Shown here piece by piece: positions 9,924 through 18,421 of a DNA stretch of 64,000 bases (position 1 is the first letter of the stretch; the number at the start of each line of letters is the position of its first letter). This DNA comes from a virus (lineage: Duplodnaviria > Heunggongvirae > Uroviricota > Caudoviricetes): IMG/VR virus record IMGVR_UViG_3300026549_001031; one strand, given 5' to 3'. The translations under genes were made by a program, and so were the position numbers. The notes under the pieces were generated by a model that saw only the letters and a program-made list of their open reading frames with translations, did not search any database and was not told where the DNA came from.

Positions 9924-10055
9924 ATGAACAAAGAAGCAAAGATTGCATTAGCAGAGAACAGACTCGCTAATCTTCAGGGAAGTCCTAAGAACATCAAGTG
10001 TCCTGGAGTAGCACGTAAGGTAGCACGTCAGTTGCGTAACCTTAAGAGGGACTAA
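9924..10055 (+). CDS. 43-aa basic peptide MNKEAKIALAENRLANLQGSPKNIKCPGVARKVARQLRNLKRD
   Basis: GGAGG RBS at 9911, ATG 9924, TAA 10053-10055; below ORF-track cutoff. Confidence 0.7.
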   Translation: MNKEAKIALAENRLANLQGSPKNIKCPGVARKVARQLRNLKRD

Positions 10056-10182
10056 TACATAGAACTTGTAGGTAACAATTATTAGAAGTTAGACCTGGTT
10101 GAGAGGTTGAACTACTCATTCATTACTTCTAGTGACAAGGAAAACCTTGGGTTAAACCTTCAAAAATAAAACAATAAAACAT

Positions 10183-10549
10183 GGGCTAGCTCTGGTTTCG
10201 ACAGGGGCTTGAAAGCAAAATACGACAGCAAGGGTGGATTCCCTTAACAGCCAAACAAAAATAAATGCTGACGAAAAATTAGCAATGGTTGCCTAGTTTA
10301 TTCTGGGTTTAACCCTCTTAGCTGATAGAAGCCATAGGTATTCAGTAAGAGTTAAGAACGATTGGCATTGTTGTTGATTCACAGATTCTCAGAACGCATT
10401 GACGGCATGAAAGAGTGAGATGTCTTATGTTAAATGCTTTAGGTAGCATAGTCAGTAAGAGGAAGGCTTTGACAAATACCGAGAGATTGCTGTAGTGATG
10501 TATTTGTAAGTACAGTTTTTGGATAGGGGTTCGACTCCCCTCTAGTCCA
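10183..10549 (+). ncRNA. ssrA: tmRNA (SsrA), tag (A)ADEKLAMVA
   Basis: GGGCTAG/CTAGTCC acceptor with G3-U, GGTTTCGACAGGG 5' signature, GGTTCGACTCC T arm, tag ORF 10267-10296 after ATAAAT. Confidence 0.95.
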
Positions 10550-10615
10550 CTGGGCACCATTCAGAGGAATGGCTGTCCTGATTTCCCAATTTTCACATTA
10601 AACTCAATCTTAAGG

Positions 10616-10660
10616 AAAAGGAGGTGCACATTATTGAAATGTGTGCCTCCTTTTTCTTTT
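10616..10660 (+). terminator. Rho-independent terminator
   Basis: ggaggtgcacatt/aatgtgtgcctcc stem followed by T-tract. Confidence 0.85.
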
Positions 10661-10731
10661 ATAGGGAATATACATAATCATTAACATTGATATTACTTAA
10701 ATAAAATTTTATTTTTATTTAGGAGATAGAT

Positions 10732-13700
10732 ATGTTTACATGGTTATTGTATTTTGTGCTTATACTGATGGCAGTGTGTGCATTCTTTGTAGTGTTTAAT
10801 CTACTTGGTTTGTTTATATGTCATAAGTTAAAAGATAAGGCAGCAAAAGCTGGTGGGGAAGCAGCTAAAAGATATGTAAGTCACATGAATCCCTTGTTTA
10901 AGTTACTTATGAAAAGTAAGAAAATACAAGAGGGAACAGATGCAGCTGCAGAGAAACAAGTAAATAAGCAGTGTAAAAGAGCAAGTAGGATATTCTTTTG
11001 CGGGGCTGCTATATCATTAGCATTGTTAATTGCACTTGGTGTATTGGCAGAGACATTGTATGAAATGAATTTGTCAATGACGTCAACTACATCAGTAATT
11101 AGTATACTTACAAGGAATAAGGATTGTACCTGCTATGTAAAATGTACAAATGATGCAGATGATGATCATAAGTCAACATATGAATTATTGTTTGGACCTA
11201 CTGAATTTGCTACATTTGCAGGTCATATGAAATTGAATCCTCAGGAACAAGATGAGTGGAAAGCATTATATCCTGATGTGAAAGACGGTGAGACAAGAGA
11301 TTATGACAAGTTAGACGGTAAAAAGCAGAATGAGTTTATTGCTGAACATCTAAACGATAAAATGGTTGATGATTATAAGACCATACTACAGGACTATCAG
11401 AACTTTATGAAGTCTGCTGATGGCAAAGACAGAATGAAAATGTCTAATGATGAATTGATGGCAGACTTAAAGAAAATGTGTAAAGACTATAAAGTCAATG
11501 GTAGGAATCCTAATTGTAAGGTTTGTAAGTCAGCTAATACTTCTTCCTTACAGCGTAAATGTAATGGAATGAACAAATGGGTTAAGGGTTGGACATGGCA
11601 AGAAATTGCAGATGCAAATGGAAATAATAAAGATGATAAAAATAAGGGTTCAGTTGAGGTTCCTGCATTAGGTCATGCATCTGGAAAATATGCAGTTACA
11701 TTAGGAGATGGGAATAGCTATTATTGGTATCATCAGACACAGGAGGCTTGTAAGTATAACGTAGTTAAATATGGACAGCGCTATGGATTTGTAAACCTTG
11801 GAGGTCTTGGTCCAGCATATAGCAGAGGTTGTAGTTCATATGCAACTGCAATGGCAATAAGTAATGTACTTGGAGAAGAGGTCACTCCTTTTGATGTTCA
11901 AGAAAAACTTGAGGGTGTTAAGCCATCTAAAAGTTCAAATGGCACAATCACTTACTATGGAAAGTCACCTATAGATTTCTGTAGTACCATTGGAGTAACA
12001 TTTAATGGGGTAGGAAAAAAGGCAATGGTAAAGAAGGCATTAGATGTTTATGGGAATGATGGACTTCAAGCAGCTTACTTAGGGCATAGTCAGAAGGAAT
12101 TTGATAAATACTTGGATAAAGGAGCACTAATCGTAGTTTCTATAATAAATGCTGGTGGAAGTTACGATAGTATGCCTTGGTACAGAGGCGGTGGACACTA
12201 TATAGTAATTAGAAAGAAAGAAAATGATAAATACTATCATCTAAACAGCTGTGTCATTGGCAGTCTAAGCAGTCATTATTCGGGTAGTGGCACTGATGAA
12301 AAAGCTAAATCACTAATGAATATAGGAATTTCATGGAATACATTATCAAGTCACTTCAAAGCAGAGGGGGCAGTAGCATTTTGGTCAGACAACAAAGTCA
12401 TGATAGATGGAGATAGTAGCACTGGAACAAATACGTTTAGCAATTATGAATACAATAAAGACGTACTAAAAGCGGTTATTAAAGCATTTGAAAAAATAGA
12501 TGGAAAAAGTTATAAGGATTTAGCAGACATCAAGAAAAAGAGTACCTGGACTTACTCAAAAGTAATAGTGACCACTGTGTTATTTACAGAGTTATCTAAA
12601 AAGTATGGAATAGAGGCATTATGTGGTATAGGGGGCAACATAGCAGTAGAAGGAGCATCAGGTTTGATCGAGGATTTTGGGTGTGGTAAAGCATTTAGTC
12701 TAGATCATAAGTTTGTTAAGAGTGATGCAGATGTGAATAAAGCTTTAGCAGAGGCAAAGAGGCATGCACTTAGGGGTAGTAATGTAGTGTACACTGGTCC
12801 TATGGGTGATTTAATATATGGAAAGTGGACATCATTTTCAGAACAGCCTGGATATAGCTTATGCCTAGGTTATAAGGAAACCGATTATTCATTAGAGGCA
12901 ATGTCCCTATCAGATGCACGCTGTTATTTAACAACAGATAAAAAAAGTAAATTCTACATTCAAAAATTCTGGGATTCGATTAACGGAATGAAGGGCAATA
13001 ATAATGTGATAAGCTGCTCAGATCATTGGATGAAGGCCTATGAACGATGTGTAAACAGAGATGGAACATACCAAAAAGTTTCCGAGAGAAGAAGTGCATC
13101 TAATTATTTGTATAAATACCTTAAGGATGTTCATGTGTCACCTACAATAGGTAAAAACAACAGTTTAAAACCTGGTTCAAGCAACAATAAAAACAATAAA
13201 AACAAAGATAAAGGAAAAACAACCATTACTAGTAATGGTTGGGAAACAACTTATACTGATTTAGGTCATAAAGTTTATAAACAGAAGTCTGGTGATGGAA
13301 CATACGACGCAAAGGGAGCAATTAAGAACATATTAAAATATACAAAAGACACTGATTCTTCTAAGATAGGTTCAGAGGTAGTAATATATGGTACAAGGTT
13401 TATAGGAAACCGTTACGTCTGGGGTGGAGCTAGCCTTACAAATGGATGTGACTGTTCAGGCTTTATTATGTCATTATATGCTCATTTTGGAGTAAATTTA
13501 CCTCACTCCTCAGGTGGCATGAGAAACGTAGGTGTAAACGTAGCAGAGAATGACATTCAACCTGGAGACATAGTTTGTTACCATAATCACGTAGCCTTAT
13601 ACATTGGTGGAGGTAAGATACTGCACGCATCAAGTGCTGATTCAGGTATAAAAATAGGAAATAAGTATAACTATAGGACTATACTGGCAATTCGTAGACC

Positions 13701-13740
13701 TACAGGAGTTAAGAGTAGAGGCAACTTATATAAGAAATAA
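10732..13740 (+). CDS. membrane-anchored multidomain cell-wall hydrolase (C39-like + lysozyme-like + C-terminal NlpC/P60)
   Basis: two N-terminal TM segments; GCSSYATAMAISN...GGHYIVI (C39-like); GIGGNIAVE (phage-tail-lysozyme-like, weak); YVWGGASLTNGCDCSGF...HVALYIG...HAS (NlpC/P60). Confidence 0.8.
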   Translation: MFTWLLYFVLILMAVCAFFVVFNLLGLFICHKLKDKAAKAGGEAAKRYVSHMNPLFKLLMKSKKIQEGTDAAAEKQVNKQCKRASRIFFCGAAISLALLIALGVLAETLYEMNLSMTSTTSVISILTRNKDCTCYVKCTNDADDDHKSTYELLFGPTEFATFAGHMKLNPQEQDEWKALYPDVKDGETRDYDKLDGKKQNEFIAEHLNDKMVDDYKTILQDYQNFMKSADGKDRMKMSNDELMADLKKMCKDYKVNGRNPNCKVCKSANTSSLQRKCNGMNKWVKGWTWQEIADANGNNKDDKNKGSVEVPALGHASGKYAVTLGDGNSYYWYHQTQEACKYNVVKYGQRYGFVNLGGLGPAYSRGCSSYATAMAISNVLGEEVTPFDVQEKLEGVKPSKSSNGTITYYGKSPIDFCSTIGVTFNGVGKKAMVKKALDVYGNDGLQAAYLGHSQKEFDKYLDKGALIVVSIINAGGSYDSMPWYRGGGHYIVIRKKENDKYYHLNSCVIGSLSSHYSGSGTDEKAKSLMNIGISWNTLSSHFKAEGAVAFWSDNKVMIDGDSSTGTNTFSNYEYNKDVLKAVIKAFEKIDGKSYKDLADIKKKSTWTYSKVIVTTVLFTELSKKYGIEALCGIGGNIAVEGASGLIEDFGCGKAFSLDHKFVKSDADVNKALAEAKRHALRGSNVVYTGPMGDLIYGKWTSFSEQPGYSLCLGYKETDYSLEAMSLSDARCYLTTDKKSKFYIQKFWDSINGMKGNNNVISCSDHWMKAYERCVNRDGTYQKVSERRSASNYLYKYLKDVHVSPTIGKNNSLKPGSSNNKNNKNKDKGKTTITSNGWETTYTDLGHKVYKQKSGDGTYDAKGAIKNILKYTKDTDSSKIGSEVVIYGTRFIGNRYVWGGASLTNGCDCSGFIMSLYAHFGVNLPHSSGGMRNVGVNVAENDIQPGDIVCYHNHVALYIGGGKILHASSADSGIKIGNKYNYRTILAIRRPTGVKSRGNLYKK

Positions 13741-13766
13741 CATTCAAAAAGAAAGGATAGACCATT

Positions 13767-14570
13767 ATGAAGAATAAAAAACCATTGATTTTAACATTAT
13801 TGTGCATAGTAGCAGTTGCACTAATCATCATTGCAGTTTTAGTAACACCAATGTTAAATAAAACTAGCAATGCAAATAAGAAGTATCAGCATGGAGATTC
13901 TTTTAGTAGACTTACAGCTAATAATGAGGTTTATGAAGATAGTACAGGTGGGAAGTTTAGTGACAACACCTCAAATTCCTCAAATACAAACTCAAATTCA
14001 TCAGATGCATCGACTTCAAACAATTCAACACAGGAGACACAGAGTGAGGACACTCAAGATGAACAAAATAAGAAGTTAATGGATGATAAGGACACTGATG
14101 TAGTAGGATATACAGACTCAAATGGAAAGATGCATGTTAATAAAGATAAGATTAACAAGATAAATGAAGAGGTTGCATCTGAATTGGCAACAGAGACAGA
14201 AACAGAGGATGAGGGATATGGAAAATCAACCAGTTCAGATGTAGTGGCAGACAAGTTAAAAGTAAGTAAAGACGTTGATAATATCAAGGTAATGGTTTAT
14301 AGGATAAACCAATTAGCATTGGATAATAACTACAAGACAGTAAAGGTTTGGGATAAGCCATCAAAGTCAGATATAAGAGATGCTAAAGAAACTAATGGAT
14401 CATTAGTTTATGTAGTTGAACTTGACTATGATTTTTACTGGATCACCTATTATTATGATAGTAACGAGGCAACTTCAGATAGAGACTTTGATGGTTCATT
14501 GGCTAGTCTTTATATTGCAGATACAGAAGAGGATGATAATGATGTGGACACAGAGGTTGTAGTGTGGTAA
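13767..14570 (+). CDS. single-pass membrane/secreted protein with Ser/Asn-rich linker
   Basis: N-terminal hydrophobic helix, low-complexity linker, RBS. Confidence 0.7.
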   Translation: MKNKKPLILTLLCIVAVALIIIAVLVTPMLNKTSNANKKYQHGDSFSRLTANNEVYEDSTGGKFSDNTSNSSNTNSNSSDASTSNNSTQETQSEDTQDEQNKKLMDDKDTDVVGYTDSNGKMHVNKDKINKINEEVASELATETETEDEGYGKSTSSDVVADKLKVSKDVDNIKVMVYRINQLALDNNYKTVKVWDKPSKSDIRDAKETNGSLVYVVELDYDFYWITYYYDSNEATSDRDFDGSLASLYIADTEEDDNDVDTEVVVW

Positions 14571-14601
14571 ACATAGTATGATAAGAAAGGGCAGTAGGAA
14601 A

Positions 14602-15249
14602 ATGAAATTTAGACAACTTGGTTTAATTTTATTAGCAGTATTAAGTTTAACATCTTGTGGAAGTTCAGATATAGACTCTACAGAAAATTCAGCGGAGCGT
14701 ACAACTTTTCAAGCAGATTCATACTCGATTAGAAAAGAGAATGAGAATGAAGAGTTGAAGTCACAGGAGGATGAGAAGTCAGACAGTAATGATACAGATG
14801 GTACAGACTATGAATACAAAGTGGCACAGGTAAAATTAAAGAACAGCACTAATACAAAAGATTATGTCATTAAGAAAAATGATATAGTATCATATGATGA
14901 TAGAACATTTCATGAGTTGTATAAGTGTTTATCACGAATTAAAGCACCATACAGTGTAAATGAAATGGCAAACTTCATAACAAAAACTTATGCATATGAT
15001 GATAAAGATATATACACAGAATGTACGAAGATGTCAGATCTTACTGAAGATTATGACATAGGATTTGATGGAGATCTGGCAGGGATTGATAAGTATGAGG
15101 AACTTGAGGATCAATATGGTGCAGTAGAATGGAAATTGGATGTCTTTAGATATGGTAGAGAGGACACATTAACACTATATGGAAACAGTAAATATATTTT
15201 AGCAGCAGGTTATAATAATGATATAATCATTGATATGGATAAACAATAG
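14602..15249 (+). CDS. lipoprotein of unknown function
   Basis: MKFRQ...LSLTSC lipobox. Confidence 0.7.
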   Translation: MKFRQLGLILLAVLSLTSCGSSDIDSTENSAERTTFQADSYSIRKENENEELKSQEDEKSDSNDTDGTDYEYKVAQVKLKNSTNTKDYVIKKNDIVSYDDRTFHELYKCLSRIKAPYSVNEMANFITKTYAYDDKDIYTECTKMSDLTEDYDIGFDGDLAGIDKYEELEDQYGAVEWKLDVFRYGREDTLTLYGNSKYILAAGYNNDIIIDMDKQ

Positions 15250-15270
15250 CTTGTAAAGGAGAGAAAAGCA

Positions 15271-15684
15271 TTGGATAAGAGACATATAAATTTTGGAGTA
15301 GTCTTTATAGCTTGTTTAGTGGTGCTTGCGATAATAAGTAGTCTAAACACAGCTAATAAAAACTCAACAAAAGAAAAAGAGCAAGACATAACAAAGGTTT
15401 ATAGAAGCATAGATAAAAAAGATATAACAGAGGACCTGTTGGAGGTAATACAGTCAGGAGATACAGCTGAGTCAACATACTGCATAGGTAACTTTGATAT
15501 GGACGATGAAGATGTACTTGCAGATGCAGTATTGAATAAGAGTTACATGTCAGATTCAGCAGTATACTTACAGGTAGAGTCAGATGAGTCATCAAGTGTA
15601 AATAAGAATTACATGTATAGATTTCAGTTAGACACTGATACAGATGTGGTTGTGTCATATATAAAATATACATTGGAGCATTAA
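15271..15684 (+). CDS. single-pass membrane protein
   Basis: TTG start with AGGAG RBS, N-terminal TM helix. Confidence 0.65.
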   Translation: MDKRHINFGVVFIACLVVLAIISSLNTANKNSTKEKEQDITKVYRSIDKKDITEDLLEVIQSGDTAESTYCIGNFDMDDEDVLADAVLNKSYMSDSAVYLQVESDESSSVNKNYMYRFQLDTDTDVVVSYIKYTLEH

Positions 15685-15728
15685 AGAAAAGAGCAGAGCA
15701 AGGGAAAAAGAGAAGGCAGAGGTAGAAA

Positions 15729-16205
15729 ATGAGAGAGTCATTGAAATTAAAAAACAACACCATAGGAAAAAGAGTGATAGTTGCAGTACTATGTTTAGTA
15801 GTTGCATTGACAAGTTTAATCTACTATAGAGAGCAAGCATTTGGGGAAAACAAGATCTTAGATGAGTTTGATATGACATCATCTAGTAAATGTCAAGATC
15901 AGGTTACCGAATTGATAGAGGCAATAATAACTGGAGACAATACAGAGTTAGATAAGTTTCAACGAGTAATACCTAGTACAATACTTAAAGAAATGAAGGG
16001 GTATGCATCTAACAATAATATTGACAGCACAGTGTTTAGTGACAAGTCAGTTGAGTTTATAAATGCAGACAACAGTTCAACAGAAGATACAGTTATAATG
16101 GCTAATGTGAAGCTTTACTATAAAGATTATAACAAGTTATATTTGTTTGAGTTTCATATGAATGAGAGTGGTTCAATCTATGGCTATAACATCTGGCAGT
16201 GGTGA
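15729..16205 (+). CDS. single-pass membrane protein, possible NTF2-like ectodomain
   Basis: N-terminal TM, helical then beta-rich C-terminus. Confidence 0.65.
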   Translation: MRESLKLKNNTIGKRVIVAVLCLVVALTSLIYYREQAFGENKILDEFDMTSSSKCQDQVTELIEAIITGDNTELDKFQRVIPSTILKEMKGYASNNNIDSTVFSDKSVEFINADNSSTEDTVIMANVKLYYKDYNKLYLFEFHMNESGSIYGYNIWQW

Positions 16206-16560
16206 GAAAGGCTGATGCACTGGTAGAAAAGAGCAGATGCACTGGTAGAAAAAGAGATGCAGTGGTGAGAATGAAATAGAGACATCACTTAGTGAAAATA
16301 GATGCACTGGTATGAATGGGTGATGCACTGAATGAAATATGGCTGATGCATCACTAAATAAACTAGATGCTTCGCTATTGAGAACTAGATGCTTCGCTAA
16401 ATGTGATTGCATACTTCACTATTAAAAGAATTAGCATAGCAAATTAAATGTTTAATCATACAAACAAAGCTGATGCATAGCAAAATGAAAAATTAAAGCA
16501 TTAACAATAGACCATTAGTAATAAAAATTGATGCATTATATGAAAAAATTGTATCATAGC
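16206..16560. repeat. degenerate direct-repeat array (GATGC core, ~21-22 bp period)
   Basis: GATGC at 16214, 16236, 16256, 16301, 16322, 16345, 16366, 16388, 16472, 16530. Confidence 0.8.
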
Positions 16561-16588
16561 AAAAATGAAAAGAAAGGACATATAAAAC

Positions 16589-17344
16589 ATGACATTTAAG
16601 TTTAGGAAAAGTAACAATAGAAAAAGAGGGTTGCATATCAATTTTATAGCAACAGGCATTGCAGTGTGTTTAACACTGCTTGTTGGAATAGTTTGTGTCA
16701 AGGGTTATGTAGATGAATACAGCAATGAATTAGAAACTGAGCATGAGCAAATGGAAAATGAACAAAAGGTAAGTGTGGCGGAGCAGTCACTACAGAGTTC
16801 ACTAGCAAGTGCAAGTGAGATGAAAGACAACATGAATAATGGTAGATACAATGGAACAATTGATACACTCAAGTTTATTGTTGAGGTTACAAATATTAAA
16901 AAGGGAGATACACAGACAGTTGTAACTGGTAACACAGTAATGACTGGTAAATACATTGGTCAAATCAAGATAGTTTATAACAATGAAAACATTGACATTG
17001 AAATTAAGAGATTTGGAACATATAAGTTTACTACAGAGCCTTTAATGACAATGGGTGATCCTGTAAAGGTGAATATGGTATCATGTACAAAGGCGAGTAA
17101 TAAAGATAAAAAGAAATTAGCAAACAATAAGAAAAAGAGTTCAACATACGCTGATAGGATGTTAAGCTATAAGAGAATGATACTAAAAGACATTATTAAA
17201 GATGCTAACAGTAATTATTATAGTTGGACAGATGGAGAAATTAAGAACTATCAAGCATTTTTAAGGTCTAAGGGTTATAAAGGTAAGGACAGTAAGGTTT
17301 ATACAATTAAGCAGTTAAAAAGTAAAGCTGGGCGTAAAAAATAG
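16589..17344 (+). CDS. single-pass membrane protein, basic C-terminus
   Basis: TM helix aa ~18-37, RBS AAGGA. Confidence 0.65.
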   Translation: MTFKFRKSNNRKRGLHINFIATGIAVCLTLLVGIVCVKGYVDEYSNELETEHEQMENEQKVSVAEQSLQSSLASASEMKDNMNNGRYNGTIDTLKFIVEVTNIKKGDTQTVVTGNTVMTGKYIGQIKIVYNNENIDIEIKRFGTYKFTTEPLMTMGDPVKVNMVSCTKASNKDKKKLANNKKKSSTYADRMLSYKRMILKDIIKDANSNYYSWTDGEIKNYQAFLRSKGYKGKDSKVYTIKQLKSKAGRKK

Positions 17345-17404
17345 CTTAAAAATAATATAAATTGTATTTTAATTTTTATTTTTTGTTGAAAGGTGGGAAT
17401 ACAA

Positions 17405-17878
17405 ATGAACTTGGCAGGTTTAGTAGAGGCTTATAACCATGGCGTTACAAAAGTAAAGAAAGACAAGGATACTCCTTATGCTGCATTACAGGTGGCAGAG
17501 GTTGGAGGTCAGGCAATGAATGTTGATACAGCTAGACAGCTATGTGCTAGTTTAGGCGTAGTTGAAATGTATTGCAATCCTTTTGAGGAATTGAGTAACC
17601 TTAACAAATACATTAAGGAGTTTAGCAAGTTTAAGGAGATGCCTCAGGTATATGCAAATACACAGGTGGATTTCATGAATAGACGTGGAGATTTACCTGG
17701 TTCATCATATAACAGAGTACATTTCAATTGTCCGGGCGTATTTGAAGTTTCAGTAATCATTGGAATGAAGAGTTGTGGAGCATCACATGTGGTTTATGAC
17801 TCGTTTACAAATAATGCAATTGGAAAATACAGAACATTTGGTAAAGCAGTTGAGGGCATTATCAGTAAGATTGATTAG
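17405..17878 (+). CDS. hypothetical protein
   Basis: ORF with RBS. Confidence 0.6.
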   Translation: MNLAGLVEAYNHGVTKVKKDKDTPYAALQVAEVGGQAMNVDTARQLCASLGVVEMYCNPFEELSNLNKYIKEFSKFKEMPQVYANTQVDFMNRRGDLPGSSYNRVHFNCPGVFEVSVIIGMKSCGASHVVYDSFTNNAIGKYRTFGKAVEGIISKID

Positions 17879-17926
17879 CCTTGAACATTAAAAATAAAAG
17901 TATTGAAAATTTAGGAGGATAACAAT

Positions 17927-18397
17927 ATGAAGGCAAGAGATGTGTTATTAGGAGTAGTAGTTGGTGCAGGAGTTGCAGTAGTTGGTGCTAAAGTTGCAAC
18001 AAAGAAATACATGGATACACATGGTTTTTCTGATGTAGCACAGAGAATGGCAGCTGATGGCAAGAGAATCGCAGAGGATAGCAAGGATCTTGGTAGAGTG
18101 ATGGCAGAGAGTGCTAAAGAGGCAGCTGGTAAGGCAAAGGCTCATGGAGAGAGATTCGTAAGTGATGCAAAGGAAAAGATCAATGAGGCAGTTGCTAAAA
18201 AGAGCAGTGACATAGGTGAAGCTGACGAAGATGCATTTGAGGATGAGGAATTCAAGGAAAGTGCAGAGGCAGAGAAAGAATACGGCTTCGACGATGATTA
18301 TGACGAAGAGGAGTCAGAAGAGGCTACAGTGGAAAACGGTGACAGCAGCGAAGATGCAGGGGAAAAGTCATCAGATGATGAGGACCTGCTAGATTAG
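17927..18397 (+). CDS. YtxH-like membrane-anchored protein with acidic tail
   Basis: LLGVVVGAGVAVVG helix, amphipathic coiled region, very acidic C-terminus. Confidence 0.55.
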   Translation: MKARDVLLGVVVGAGVAVVGAKVATKKYMDTHGFSDVAQRMAADGKRIAEDSKDLGRVMAESAKEAAGKAKAHGERFVSDAKEKINEAVAKKSSDIGEADEDAFEDEEFKESAEAEKEYGFDDDYDEEESEEATVENGDSSEDAGEKSSDDEDLLD

Positions 18398-18421
18398 TTT
18401 ATAAGAGAGGACAGTTAAAGA

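Noticed and set aside
9211-9931. ORFs 9242-9463 (+), 9211-9513 (-), 9536-9931 (-)
   Set aside because: No RBS, atypical composition, and they overlap the densely base-paired region better explained as ncRNA.
16206-16560. CRISPR array
   Set aside because: Units are ~21 bp total with drifting sequence, no constant 25-40 bp repeat with unique spacers, and no cas genes.
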